Below, one piece after another: positions 40,831-53,087 of a DNA stretch of 64,000 nt. How positions within the stretch are numbered: the stretch's first letter is position 1; the number at the start of each line of letters is the position of its first letter. The notes under the pieces are model-generated. The model had not been told where the DNA came from and did not search any database. It saw only the letters and a program-made list of their open reading frames with translations. Position numbers and translations under genes: made by a program. The stretch spans positions 9,858,001 through 9,922,000 of the forward strand of contig JBHGNT010000006.1 of the NCBI GenBank assembly GCA_043228905.1, read 5' to 3'. Source of the DNA: Azolla caroliniana (Eukaryota; Plantae; Polypodiophyta).

Positions 40831-41976
40831 CTCTTCATCTAATTGACTAAGGATTTCAAATTTATTTGAGATACTTGGGCTATTAGTACTATGAATACTA
40901 TCTGACACTCTATTAGTACTATTAATACTATCAGACACTCCAAAGGGAAGAATTGACTCGGGTTTAGTACAGGCGACGATTTGATTTACCTGTCTTCTTG
41001 GCCTATGGGGACAATTGATGGCGATATGTCCTGGTCCACCGCAATAAAGACATAATCGATTGGCACGTCGTCGTTGCTTTTCTTCTTCCGATAACGGGCC
41101 GCGTCGACGCATGGTATCGATCTCCATCGGTGTCGAAGTATTTGCTTGAGGTGTGTCTCGTGCAAACGGTTTAGCCGCGACTGCGGCGTAAGTGGGCTCT
41201 GGCCTCGAGCGTGGTATCTGTAATTGACGTTCTGAACGCCGTTCAAAAAGGCGGTTGTCACATCGAACTGCTCGACTGATTGCCTCCGTAAGAGACTTTG
41301 GTTCTTCGGGGAAAGTTAGAAGTAGATCTTTGACATCGTTTCGCAAGCCATAGCGAAACTGCTCCATTAGTGCTTGATCATCCCAGGGTATATCTGAAGC
41401 AAGTAGGCGGAAATCCGCCGCGTAGGTAGAGGCTGGACGATCGCCTTGACGCAATCGCTGGATCTTGTTGATCGCCGTCCTGATGCTGTCGGTGTCTCCA
41501 AAGCGGGCTTTAAACTCACCAATAAAATCTTCAAAGTTATTAAGTAAGGGTGATTGTTTTTCTAGAAGCGGAGCAAACCATGCCAAGGCTGAGCCGCTAA
41601 GTAGCGTGCCTATTAGGCCGACTCGAGATGCATCAGTGGGATATCGGGAAGGATGCATCTGGATGACTAAGCGTACCTGATTAAGGAATCCCCGGAATTG
41701 CGAACGCGTTCCATCAAATTTCACAGGAAGTCCAATCTTGGGCTCTTTATGAAATCCTTGGGGACTGGATCCTTGTTGTTGCAATGCTGCTTCGAGTTGT
41801 TGTACCCGTAACGCTAACTCCCCATGTTGTTGTTGCGTTTGTTGTTTTTCTAGAGCGATTTGTTGCAGATCCCCTATCAGCCGTTGGTTTTCTTGTTCCA
41901 GGGCAACAAACTTTTCTTTTAGGCACTGTAGCTCGGAGAAAACGGATTGGTATTCTTGGGCGCTAACAGTAGCCAT
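40819..41976 (-). CDS. gag: Gag of chromovirus A (coiled coil, capsid, CCHC knuckle)
   Basis: 385-aa ORF with PVKFDGTR, LRQG, PMEID and CLYCGGPGHIAINC. Confidence 0.95.
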   Translation of the reverse strand: MATVSAQEYQSVFSELQCLKEKFVALEQENQRLIGDLQQIALEKQQTQQQHGELALRVQQLEAALQQQGSSPQGFHKEPKIGLPVKFDGTRSQFRGFLNQVRLVIQMHPSRYPTDASRVGLIGTLLSGSALAWFAPLLEKQSPLLNNFEDFIGEFKARFGDTDSIRTAINKIQRLRQGDRPASTYAADFRLLASDIPWDDQALMEQFRYGLRNDVKDLLLTFPEEPKSLTEAISRAVRCDNRLFERRSERQLQIPRSRPEPTYAAVAAKPFARDTPQANTSTPMEIDTMRRRGPLSEEEKQRRRANRLCLYCGGPGHIAINCPHRPRRQVNQIVACTKPESILPFGVSDSINSTNRVSDSIHSTNSPSISNKFEILSQLDEELND

Positions 41977-44900
41977 GGTATAGGGAAAAGGGTAGGAGGA
42001 TGAGGGAGAGTGACAAGTAGGCTAGAGGGAGAAATTGGTTCAAACTGTCAGGAATAGTACTAAAACAGAGATGGAATTAGTACTAAGAATAGCAGTACTA
42101 TTAGTACTAAGAGGACGGGACTGCGTAAGATTCCCGAGAGAGGAAGTGAGAAGAGGAGAGAGAGAGAGATAGCGAGAATGAGAGAGATGATGACAGCAGC
42201 TATATATTATGTGAAAAGATAAGTACAAGCGGCTAAGAGGCTTAAGACTGGCGTTGAACCAATTTGGTTCAAAACAATGCCTTGTGCCTCCTTTTATAGT
42301 GTTTTTAGGAATAATCTTGAATCTTCTAGAATGTTCCAGAGAGATTTGGAATATACATCAATTTTCTATGATAAAGTATAAATGAAAATAATATCCTACA
42401 AAATACAATTCCTAATCTAATGGTAAGAGCTCGACCCATGTAGCATAAAGTCATGGGTTCGAGTCTTGCCATGACACAAGGGGTTTGGTAAAGATATCGG
42501 CAATTTGCCGATTTGTCGAAACATACACAAGTTCCACTTCACCAAAGAGGACTCGCTCATAGACAAAATGATATTGCACCTCAATGTGCTTAGTCTGGGT
42601 GTGGAAGACGGGGTTCTTCGCCAACTGGATACTGCCGAGGTTGTCGCAATAGATCATTGTCGGATCAGACACCTCCACCTGCAGATGCTTCAATAGCCGC
42701 TTGAGTCATATGGCTTTGCATGTTGTGACAACCGTTCCTCTATACTCAGCCTCCATGCTCGACAGGGCAACTATCGGTTGCTTCTTGTTGCTCCAAGCGA
42801 CCGCAACGCTACCAAGTGAAAAGGAAAATCCAGATGTTGACATGCGATCGCTGGCATTTCTGGCCCAATCAGCATGTGTATATCCAACTAATTGTTCAGC
42901 AACACCGGTCTGATATAGCAACCCCCTATCCTTAGTGCCGCTGACATTCTAGAGTATTCCTTGTGCACATTGAAGGTGCTCTGTGGTCGGCTAGGACATG
43001 AACTGAGTGATCATGCTGACCGGGTAGTTGAGGTTCGGTCGGGTGATTGTCAGGAACAGAAGGCTTTCGACTATCTGTCGGAACCGTTTTGGGTCACATG
43101 CCATTCCGGAGTTGGGGCGAAGCTTGACATTTCTGTCCAAAGGAGTTGTGACGGATTTGCACTCTGTCATTCCGAACTTGAAAAGCATACTCAACACATA
43201 ATGTTGTTGGCTGATTAATATACCTTTGTGAGTACAGATCACTTCGATCCCAAGGAAGTAATGAAGATTCCCCCTTGATGTCGAACGATACCGCTAGTTG
43301 GGACTTCACACGACCGATTTCCTCTGGGTCGGCACCGGCGATGACTAAATCGTCAACATAAAGTAAAAGACTTACTAGCCCATTCCGACCTTGCCGGATG
43401 AAGAGTGAAGAGTCTGACTTGGATGTAACAAACCCCATCTGATGCAGGCACTACGTGATCTTCGCGTTGCGTAAAGGGACTTCTTCGGTCAGCATACAAC
43501 TGACATATTCATTCCGAACTGAAATCAGGGTGGCTGCACCATGTAGATTTGTTCCTCAAGTTCTCCCTGCAGGAATGTGTTCTTCACATCCATCTAGTGC
43601 AAATGTCAACCTTTCGCCATGGCAACCACAAGCAAGACACGAATGGTTGTCATCTTCGCGACCGGCGCGAACATCTCATTGTAGTTGATGCCGTGTTGCT
43701 GCGCATAGCCCTTGGCCACTAACCAGGCCTTGTACCGGTTGATGAAGACATTGACGTTGTACTTTATCTTGTACACCCACCTGCATCCAATCGGCTTCAC
43801 ACCCTTTAGAGCATCAACCAAGTCCCATGTTTTGTTCTCTGCTAAGGCATGCATCTCTTCCTCCATGGCAACACGGCACTTTCATGATGTACACATAATG
43901 ATGCGCCATGTATTCGTTATATTCGTATCGAGCTATTGGGTTCTTCTTGACGCAACTTTTGCTCTATTGATTTGATGGCTCTTTTTGCCGACGCCGACCT
44001 CTTCTCCGGAGGTCTGTCTTCACTCTTTCCGGAGTCAGATTCACTCCAATCCAACTCTTCTTTGTCAGTGTCGTATTCCGACATCTTCTTCTTCCCTTTT
44101 TCCTTCCACATGAACTGTCTCCTCTGTTCCTTGTATAGGGAGAGCATGGCCGAGTCTCCACTACTCGCCAGCTCTTCATCTGACTGGTCGATCCAACTTA
44201 GTCTCTCATTCGGCCCACTTAGCCGGAATGAGGTCGAACTCTCTTCTAGAGATCTGATTTCTTCTTCGTCCAGAGGCATCTCTGCCTCATTGACCTCATC
44301 TTCAGAGATCGGAATAGAGTTGTTGGTTGGAAACAAAGACAAGTACCATGAAGTTGGTTCGTCGAAGACGACATTGCGGCTTATCTAGGCCTGTTTGGTT
44401 CAAGGGTTATAACATTTATATCCCTCCCGCTTGTTCGAGTAGCCAATCAAGATACACTTCTCGACTTTGGTGTCTAGCTTCCTCTGCTTCTCCTTCAGCA
44501 CATGCACATAGGTGATGCTTCTGAACACCCTCAAGTGTCCAAGTTTCGGTTTCTTTCTAAAGTACAACTCATGTGGTGACACTCCATTTGTAGATGGTTT
44601 CTTTCTGATTTTGCTAGTAGACGGCTGTTCGGACCGCTTCGGCCCAATAAAAATTTGGCATATTCTTTTCTTCAAGCATTGCCCGTGCCACCTCCTTTAT
44701 CGTTCGGTTCTTCCGTTCGGCCAACCGTTCTACTCCGATGTGTATTTGCAAGAGAATTCTCGTCGAATTTCTTCCTTCTGCAGATAACTCGTGAACTAGT
44801 TAGAAAAGTACTCCTTTCCACCGTCGGACCTTAGGCACTTGACTTTTCTTTCAGTTTCCCTTTCGGCAAGGGTCTTCACCTATTTCCTATTTCCTATTTC

Positions 44901-47900
44901 CTATTTCGGCAAGGGTCTTCACCTTCGCTCTTCTTTGTGATCAAGAACGCCCAGGTGTGCCGAGTGTAGTCATTGATGAAGGTTACAAAGTAACGGCTTC
45001 TTCCAATGCTCACGTTCTATGCTGGTCCCCATACATCCGAATGGATTAAGTCAAGCTGATTTTGGCTCCAATTTCGCTCGTTGGGGAATGGAAGTCGGTG
45101 CTGCTTCCCTGACTGACAAGCTTCACAGACTTGGCCGTTCTGACCATTAAATTTCAGTAATCGAAAACAATGTTCTTTGTCTCCATTTCCCAAAACCACG
45201 AGAAGTTCACATGATCGAACTGTTTGTGCCATAGGTCGATATCCGACTCAACCTTTTGCCCCTTTGTGAACATAACGGTTTTGACTTTGTTGGTATCGAG
45301 GATGAACATCCTCCCGTCCTAGCAGCCTTGCGCAATAACTTGGCCCTCTTCCTCGATGAAGCACCTGAGATGTGTGAATTGAACTTGCAACCCCTGGTCA
45401 ATGATCTATCCAACTGACACCAGGTTCTTTGTTATTGTCGTGACGTGCAACACGTTCATGAGTTTTCCCTTCTGTCCGACATGACTTAAGGGAACTCCAC
45501 TAACATGTTCGATTGGGTGCGGTGTGTCATCTTCGGTTTCAACCACTCTCGGTTGCTCTGGTTTCTCCAAATATGAGAACCATTCTTAATGGCTAATCAT
45601 ATGATTTGATATTGTGGAGTCAACGTACCACACCACGTCATCCGATTGTGAGGTGGTCTTCTCATCACAAAGCCTGGCGCTTTTCCGGTCTTTCCAATTC
45701 CAGATTCTTCCGATCCTTCGATGTAGTGCGAGCTTTGCTAACTAAATTGTGTGGCATTGTCGGATTTGGATTTGTCCAAATCTGTGTGCTTCTTCCAACA
45801 CTCACTCTCCTTGTAGCCTTTCTTGCCATAGTATTAGCATTCCGTGTTAGTCTTAGATTGCTAGTTTCTGGCACAACCTTGACCCCCTGCTCCCGGAGGG
45901 TTCGAAACTATTGTCGGCATGATGATTATGCCTTCGGTTTTGCACATGTGGGCCGCCTCCATTGTGTGTCGACCCGCCTCCATGGGTTCTATCCCCATCC
46001 ATGTACAACATTTTGTTGTCGGTGTGCGTGCTCGTCAACGCACATGTGTGGTTATCTTCAACAAGAAGCATCGATTGCAACTCGAAGAATGACGATGTAC
46101 TCTCTCTCGTGCAAACCGTTGTCTAGAATGGTCCGAACTTATATGCCAACCCACCGAGACAGATCTGCACCATTTCATCCTCCTCAACAGTCACGTTGAT
46201 GGAGGCGAGAGAGTTGCAGATGTCCTTGATCCGGGAGGTTGTAATCAGCCACCGACATGTCCCTTTGTCAAACATTGCTCAACTCCTGTCTAAGTTGTAG
46301 CTTTCTGGCTGTGGTGCTCACGGCGAACATCTTCTTCAGATTTCCCCAAGCCTCCTTTAGCATCTTAGCATCCTGGATGTAGCTCAATAGTTGATCGCCA
46401 ACACTAGATGCGAAGCAATAGAGAACTCTACTTGCCGTCTGTTACCAGTCCGGAAAATCCCCATGTATCGAATCAAGTGCTGCATCATTTGCTCCTTCAA
46501 CATAACTCCAATACCCGTGTCGGAGCACATACTGGTGCATCTTGTACAACCACGATGCGTAGTTGTTTCTATTGAGCGTCTCTCTCGGAAGAGAGCTTCC
46601 CATACCTCTATCCATTTCTTTGCTTATCTGTTCTTACCAGGTGTTAGGTCTTGGTTTGTGTTGAAAGCTCTTGTCGGTAGCAAAGGATGTTCAACCCTCA
46701 TGCTCCGATACCATATTGTTGAGAGACCAGCTCAACATGGGCCAAATTGGCAGAAGAAGACGAGAGCCGAATCGGTTGAAGACCAATCGACTAGGCTTGA
46801 ATCGGCTGAAGAAACCAAGAGCCGAATCGAAGAGAGTTCGATTTGGGTGAGCCGAGTCAGAGGGATTCTGATAGGCCGTTGGATGTCTATATTCCTATTT
46901 TAGTAAATAGGAATATTATAGGCAGAATTAGTGTTAGGCTCATTTTGGAGCATTCAAGTACTGATGGTACTTGTTGTGTCAGCCTGCTCGTCAAGGCTTG
47001 TATAAAGAGTGCTCACTAAGCATGGTGTATGTACAGAGTCTATAGAGTGTTCATTATTTGAAATTGTAGTATTGTTGTCTACTCTCTCTGTCTCTCTCAC
47101 TGTGTATCCATTCTCTATGTTTACCTAACTGTCGAGTTTCAAACAACCGACTGTGTACTTGGTGTCTATCACACACGCTTCCGCACACGAATACTTTTAC
47201 ATGGTATCAGAGCGCGAGGGTTGAGACTCCTCTGCAATCGATAGAAAAGCAAGCGAACAAGGAAGAGACAAGTTTCTTGTTTTATGGAAAAGAAAGGATA
47301 GGAACATGGATAGAGGAATAGGAAGTTCACTTCCGACCGAAAAGCTCGATAGGAGCAACCACGCATCTTGGTCGTACAAGATGCACCAGTACCTACTCGG
47401 GCACAATTACTGGAGTTATGTCGAAGGAGGTAATGATGCCACACCCGAATCGACACACAAATATTTCTCGGCCTAGAAACAAGCAGTGAGCAGAGTTTTG
47501 TACTTCGCATCCTATGTGAGTGACCAGCTTTTGAGCTGCATTCAGGACGCCAAAACGCCGAAGGATGATTGGGGAAATCTAAAGAAGATTTTCGCCATGA
47601 GCACCACAACCAGAAATCTTCAACTCAAACAGGGGTTGAGCAATGTCCGACAAAGAGATATTTCAGTGGCTGATTACACCTCCAAGATAAAGGAGATTTG
47701 CAACTCCCTCGCCTCCATCAACGTGAATGTCGAGGAGGACGAAATGGTGCAGATTTGCCTCAGAGGGTTGGTGTTGTCATAACTAGACTCGAACCCATAA
47801 CCTTTTGTTACACGGGTCGAGACTTTACCATTAGGTTATGAGTTGTAATTTGAAGGATATTATTTTCATTTAGGTTTTATTAGGAAATTGATGTATATTC

Positions 47901-48064
47901 CAGATTTCTCTGGAACATTCTAGAAACTTCAGGAGTATTCCTGAAGACACTATAAAAGGAGGCGCAAGGCATTAGTTCGAACCAAATCGGTTCAACGCCA
48001 GTCTTAAGCCTTCTAACTACTGTTGTATATCTTCCGTCATATAATACATATATCTTTCGCATCA

Positions 48065-48112
<48 letters not shown>

Positions 48113-48333
48113 ACTCATTCCTTCTCTCAAAGTTCGACACCTCTCATAGTACTAATCCTTCTCTGTCTTAGTACTATTCCCCAACAATAGTACTAATCCT
48201 TCTTTTAGTACTAATTCCTTCTCTGCCTTAATAGAGTTCCTGACAGTTTGAACCGATTTTTCCTACTAGTCTCCCTCTTCCTTCTGTCTCTCTCCTTTCC
48301 TACTAGTCTCTTATTTCCCTTTTCCTTCATCCC

Positions 48334-49503
48334 ATGGCCACCGTTAGCGCTGAAGAGTATCAATCCGTTTTCTCGGAATTTCAATGCTTGAAAGAGAAGT
48401 TTCATGCTTTGGAACAAGAAAATCAACGCTTGTTGGGGGATCTTCAGCAAATTTCCTTAGAAAAGCAGCAAACACAACAACAGCATGGGGAACTTGCGTT
48501 ACGCGTGCAACAACTCGAAGCAACCATCGTAGCAATGCAACAACAAGGGCACGGAGCACAAGGGATTCATAAAGAACCCAAGATTGGCCTTCCCACGAAG
48601 TTCGATGGAACGCGATCGCAGTTTAGAGGGTTTCTTAACCAGGTACGGTTAGTTATTCAAATGCATCCGTCCCGATATCCCACCGATGCATCACGAGTGG
48701 GTTTAGTAGGCACGTTGTTAACTGGCTCAGCATTAGCATGGTTCGCACCGCTACTAGAAAAGGAATCTCCAGTACTAAATAATTTTGAAGAATTCATAAG
48801 TGAGTTTAAAGCATGTTTTGGAGATACTGACAGCATAAGGACTGCAATCAACAAAATCCGGCGATTACGCCAAGGTGACCGTCCAGCCTCCGCATATGCT
48901 GCAGATTTCCGCCTACTCGCCGCCGATATCCCCTGGGATGATCAAGCATTGATGGAGCAGTTCCGCTATGGTCTACGCAACGATGTCAAGGATTTACTCT
49001 TGACTTTCCCTGAAGAGCCAAAATCATTAACAGAAGCAATCAGTCGAGCGGTCAGATGTGACAACCGCCTCTTCGAGCGACGTTCGGAACGACAATTTCA
49101 GATGCCGAGGGCAAGATCCGAGCCTACCTATGCCTCAATGGTAGCGAAACCTTTTCAAAGGGAGTCACATAATGCGCCTCCAGTAAGTACTCCAACTCCA
49201 ATGGAAATTGACACTACACGTCGTCGTGGGCCGCTATCGGAGGAGGAAAAGCAACGACGCCGAACAAACCGATTATGCCTTTATTGCGGTGGACCAGGGC
49301 ATATCGCGATAAACTGTCCCCATAGACCAAGAAGGCAGGTAAACCAAGTCATTGTTAGTTCTGACTATACTAAACCCGAGTCTATGTCAGTAGGAATCTC
49401 TGATAATCCTCATAGTCATAATAGTCCTAATAGTACTAATAGTCCGAATCTCGCAAACAAATTTGATGTCCTTAGCCAATTAGAAGAAGAGTTAAACGAC
49501 TAA
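48334..49503 (+). CDS. gag: Gag of chromovirus B
   Basis: 389-aa ORF closely related to gag A, with a CCHC knuckle. Confidence 0.95.
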   Translation: MATVSAEEYQSVFSEFQCLKEKFHALEQENQRLLGDLQQISLEKQQTQQQHGELALRVQQLEATIVAMQQQGHGAQGIHKEPKIGLPTKFDGTRSQFRGFLNQVRLVIQMHPSRYPTDASRVGLVGTLLTGSALAWFAPLLEKESPVLNNFEEFISEFKACFGDTDSIRTAINKIRRLRQGDRPASAYAADFRLLAADIPWDDQALMEQFRYGLRNDVKDLLLTFPEEPKSLTEAISRAVRCDNRLFERRSERQFQMPRARSEPTYASMVAKPFQRESHNAPPVSTPTPMEIDTTRRRGPLSEEEKQRRRTNRLCLYCGGPGHIAINCPHRPRRQVNQVIVSSDYTKPESMSVGISDNPHSHNSPNSTNSPNLANKFDVLSQLEEELND

Positions 49504-52500
49504 GTCCAGCCAAAATAGGAGCCGTTTGGTTGGACAGCCCTAGATCTGTGCAGCCCATTAGTGGTTCCATTCCCTCTAAGCAAGTTAGTGATGTGTTCGT
49601 AGTCCAAGTAGCAGTTAGTACTAAAAGTACCCCTCCAGTACATACCTTAGCCCTTCTAGATTCCGGAGCTAATTCTTGCTTCATGGATAGGAATTTTGCC
49701 CGAGCTCATCAGATATCTCTAAGAAAGCTCCCATGTCCAGCCTCAGTAGTAGTCATTGATGGTCGTCCCATTGCTTCTGGTAATATCATAGAAGAGTCGG
49801 AACCCGTTAATATTGTCCTAGATAACTTAACATGTGTAGTATCATTTAATATTATTAGTATTCCAGAACATCCCATAGTTTTAGGATTACCATGGTTCGA
49901 GTTACATGACCCAGACATAGATTGGAGGACAAGGGAAATCCGGTTGCGACAAACCCAAGGATCTACCCAGAAGGTTGCAACCATTTCGCTACGTCAGTTG
50001 CGTGAGGAAGGGCGCAAGGAGGAAATGTTTCTCTTTGCAATATCAGTACAACCCTCCAGCACCACCAAAGAGGAGTCCACCGTTCAACTTCCCGAGAAGT
50101 AACGTCAGTATGCTGATGTGTTCGATAAAGTACAAGCCAACACACTTCCTCATCATCGGCCGTACGACTGCGCCATCGACTTACAACCGGGAAAAGAACC
50201 GCCATGGGGGCCGATCTACAATTTGTCACCAACCGAGCTAGAAGTCCTTCGAGCCTATATAGAGGAGAATTTGGAGAACGGTTTCATTCGGCATTCGAAA
50301 TCTCCAGCCGGCGCACCCATTTTCTTCGTCAAGAAAAAAGATGGCTCGCTTCGACTCGTTGTAGATTACCGTGGCTTGAATAAGGTCACAGTAAGAAATA
50401 GGTATGCTCTTCCCCTTATCTCAAGTCTTTTAGAACGGATCAACGGTGCCAGGTTCTTCACGAAGATCGACTTACGAGGAGCCTATAACCTCGTACGGAT
50501 CCGACCAGGAGATGAATGGAAGACCGCGTTTCGCACCAGATATGGGCACTTCGAGTATACGGTCATGCCGTTCGGACTCACTAATGCGCCGGCAGTCTTC
50601 CAGCACATGGCGAATGATATATTTCGAGACCTCTTGGATGATTTTTTGATCATCTATTTGGATGATCTACTGGTTTATTCAAAGACCCAAGAAGAACATG
50701 ATTCTCATGTACTATTAGTACTAAAACGACTTCGAGAACATGGTCTGTATGCAAAGTTAGAGAAATGTAGTTTCGGGTGCAACCAAGTGGAGTTTCTCGG
50801 CTATGTCATCTCCTCAGAAGGCATATCTATGGACCCAGCCAAGGTCAAAACGGTGATAGAATGGCACACTCCGCGTTCGGTGCGGGATGTGCAATGCTTC
50901 CTAGGCTTTGCAAATTTCTACCGGAAGTTCATACAAAATTACTCAAAAATTGTGCTGCCTCTCACACAGCTCACCAGGAAGGGACAATCATTCATTTGGT
51001 CTAAAGAGACGGACATGGCTTTCGAGAGTCTTAAGAAGGCGTTTACATCAGCTCCAATTTTAGGTCATGTGGATCCGGAAAAACCATTCATTATCGAAGC
51101 TGATGCATCGGATTTCGCATTGGGGAGCATTCTGTCACAACAGGGTAACGACGAGAAGCTACATCCTGTGGCTTTCCACTCCCGTAAGTTTGACGCCGCC
51201 GAAATCAACTACGAAATTCATGATAAAGAGCTATTAGCAATAGTTGATTCTTTTATGCAATGGAGGCATTTCCTGGAGGGATCTCCTCATCAGGTCACTG
51301 TATTCAGTGACCACAAGAACCTTGCCTACTTTCAAGATGCTCGTGTACTGAATCGACGTCAAGCTCGGTGGGCCCATTTCCTCACACGCTTCGACTTCAA
51401 AATTACACATCGTCCGGGGAAGCACCAAGGGAAGGCAGATGCATTATCACGGCGTTCGTATCTAACACCACGTCCCGGTGAGCCAGCTTTCGATAACCAG
51501 AAGCAAGTAATCTTGGGTCCAGCACGACTGCAAGCAGCACAGATCTTTGACATGCCCGTGGATTCCGACATTACCAATACTATACGTGAGGACTTGAAGA
51601 CTGACGCTTTCGCCCAAGCTATACTAGCACAAATTGACCCCTCTCGAGCGTCATGTTCACAATCACAATCACCAGGTACGGATTATCGGCAATTCAAATA
51701 CTGTGATGGATTACTCTTCTTTAAAGAACTTTTGTATGTTCCTAATGGTTCTTGCCGCCTTCGAGTAGTACAAAACTGCCATGACACATATACAGCAGGA
51801 CATTTTGGTAGTACTAAAACATTAGATTTAGTACAACGATCATTCTGGTGGCCCCGTATGCGACAATTTGTCGAAGATTTTGTTCGGACTTGCGATACAT
51901 GCTGCAGAGCGAAAATGCCAAGACATCATCCATATGGTTTATTAGAACCATTACCAATTCCAAGCAAGCCATGGCAATCCATTGCTCTTGACTTCATTAC
52001 AGATCTTCCAGTCTCTAAGGGATTCAGTGCGATTCTCACAGTGGTGGATCGATATACGAAGATGGCTCATTTCTTACCATGTACTAAAGAAATATCTAGT
52101 GAAGACACCGCCGAAATTGTCATGCGGGAAGTATGTCGGCATCATGGACTCCCTGATAATATCATCAGCGATCGTGGACCCCAGTTTGTGTCAAAATTCT
52201 GGAAGCACCTTTTTAAAATGCTGAAGGTCACTTGTAACCTCTCCTCCGGCTACCACCCACAAACCGACGGTCAAGCCGAACGAACAAATCAAACACTGGA
52301 GCAGTATCTGCGGTGCTTTCTCAACTATCATCAGAATGACTGGGCAGATATTCTTCCGTTCGCCGAATTTGCCTATAATAACGCTATCCACGCATCGACT
52401 AAAGTCACGCCATTCTACGCTTATACGGGATATCATCCCCGGTGGTGTGTCCTTGAAACCCCAGAAGTGTCCACAAATCCTTACGCGGAGGATCGTTTGG

Positions 52501-53087
52501 AGCGGTTACGCAAGATACAAGCGGATTTATCTACTCAACTCCAGCAAGCTCAACAATCACACAAGGACTACGCAGATCGTCATCGACTTCCATCCAGTTT
52601 TAACATTGGAGATCGGGTGTGGCTGCTACGACGACACATCAAGACTACTCGCCCATGTGAGAAGTTGGATTATCGACGATTAGGTCCTTTCCGTATTATC
52701 GGGAAGATTAATGATGTCGCTTTTCGTCTCGAGCTACCTCCGCAACTTCGGATACACCCGGTGTTTCATAGTTCTCTCCTCGAACCCTATCACGAGAGCA
52801 CTATCCCAGGACGTACTATACAACCTCCACCTCCTATCGAGCTCGAAGATGGACCTGAGTATGAGGTCGCTGCCATCCTCGATTCCAAGATTGTTCGCAA
52901 CAAGCTCTACTATCTAGTCGATTGGCTAGGATATAGTCCCAGCGAGCGTACTTGGGAACCGATCGAGAATGTGACCAATGCTCGTGCTCTTCTAGAAGAC
53001 TTCCATCGACGATATCCCGAGAAACCGGGTCCTCAATCCAAAACGACTCGTGAAACTCGTCGTTTTAAAGGGGGGATAGTGTCATAA
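49497..53087 (+). pseudogene. pol: Pol of chromovirus B (PR-RT-RH-IN-chromodomain) with one in-frame TAA at 50100-50102
   Basis: In the -1 frame relative to gag. LLDSGA, YLDD and chromodomain are present. The stop replaces a Tyr found in element A. Confidence 0.93.

Larger units (their letters stand above)
36808..42476 (-). mobile_element. Chromovirus A (Ty3/gypsy, Tcn1-like), full length and young
   Basis: 431-bp LTRs at 36808-37238 and 42046-42476 (three substitutions seen), perfect TSD CAAGG and PPT AAGGGGGAGATAG. Confidence 0.97.
35757..46713 (-). mobile_element. Degenerate Ty1/copia element C (host of chromovirus A); 5' LTR missing
   Basis: 3' LTR at 35757-36155, PPT at 36156-36167 and Met PBS at 46702-46713. 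Remnants of gag, PR, IN (LIHSDVWGP), RT (LLLYVDDLVI) and RNase H (CDNLGSIQLAKNPVFH). Confidence 0.9.

Noticed and set aside
50100-50102. Programmed stop-codon readthrough in pol B
   Set aside because: The sister element has Tyr at this position and its own stop elsewhere, so a simple nonsense mutation is more likely.
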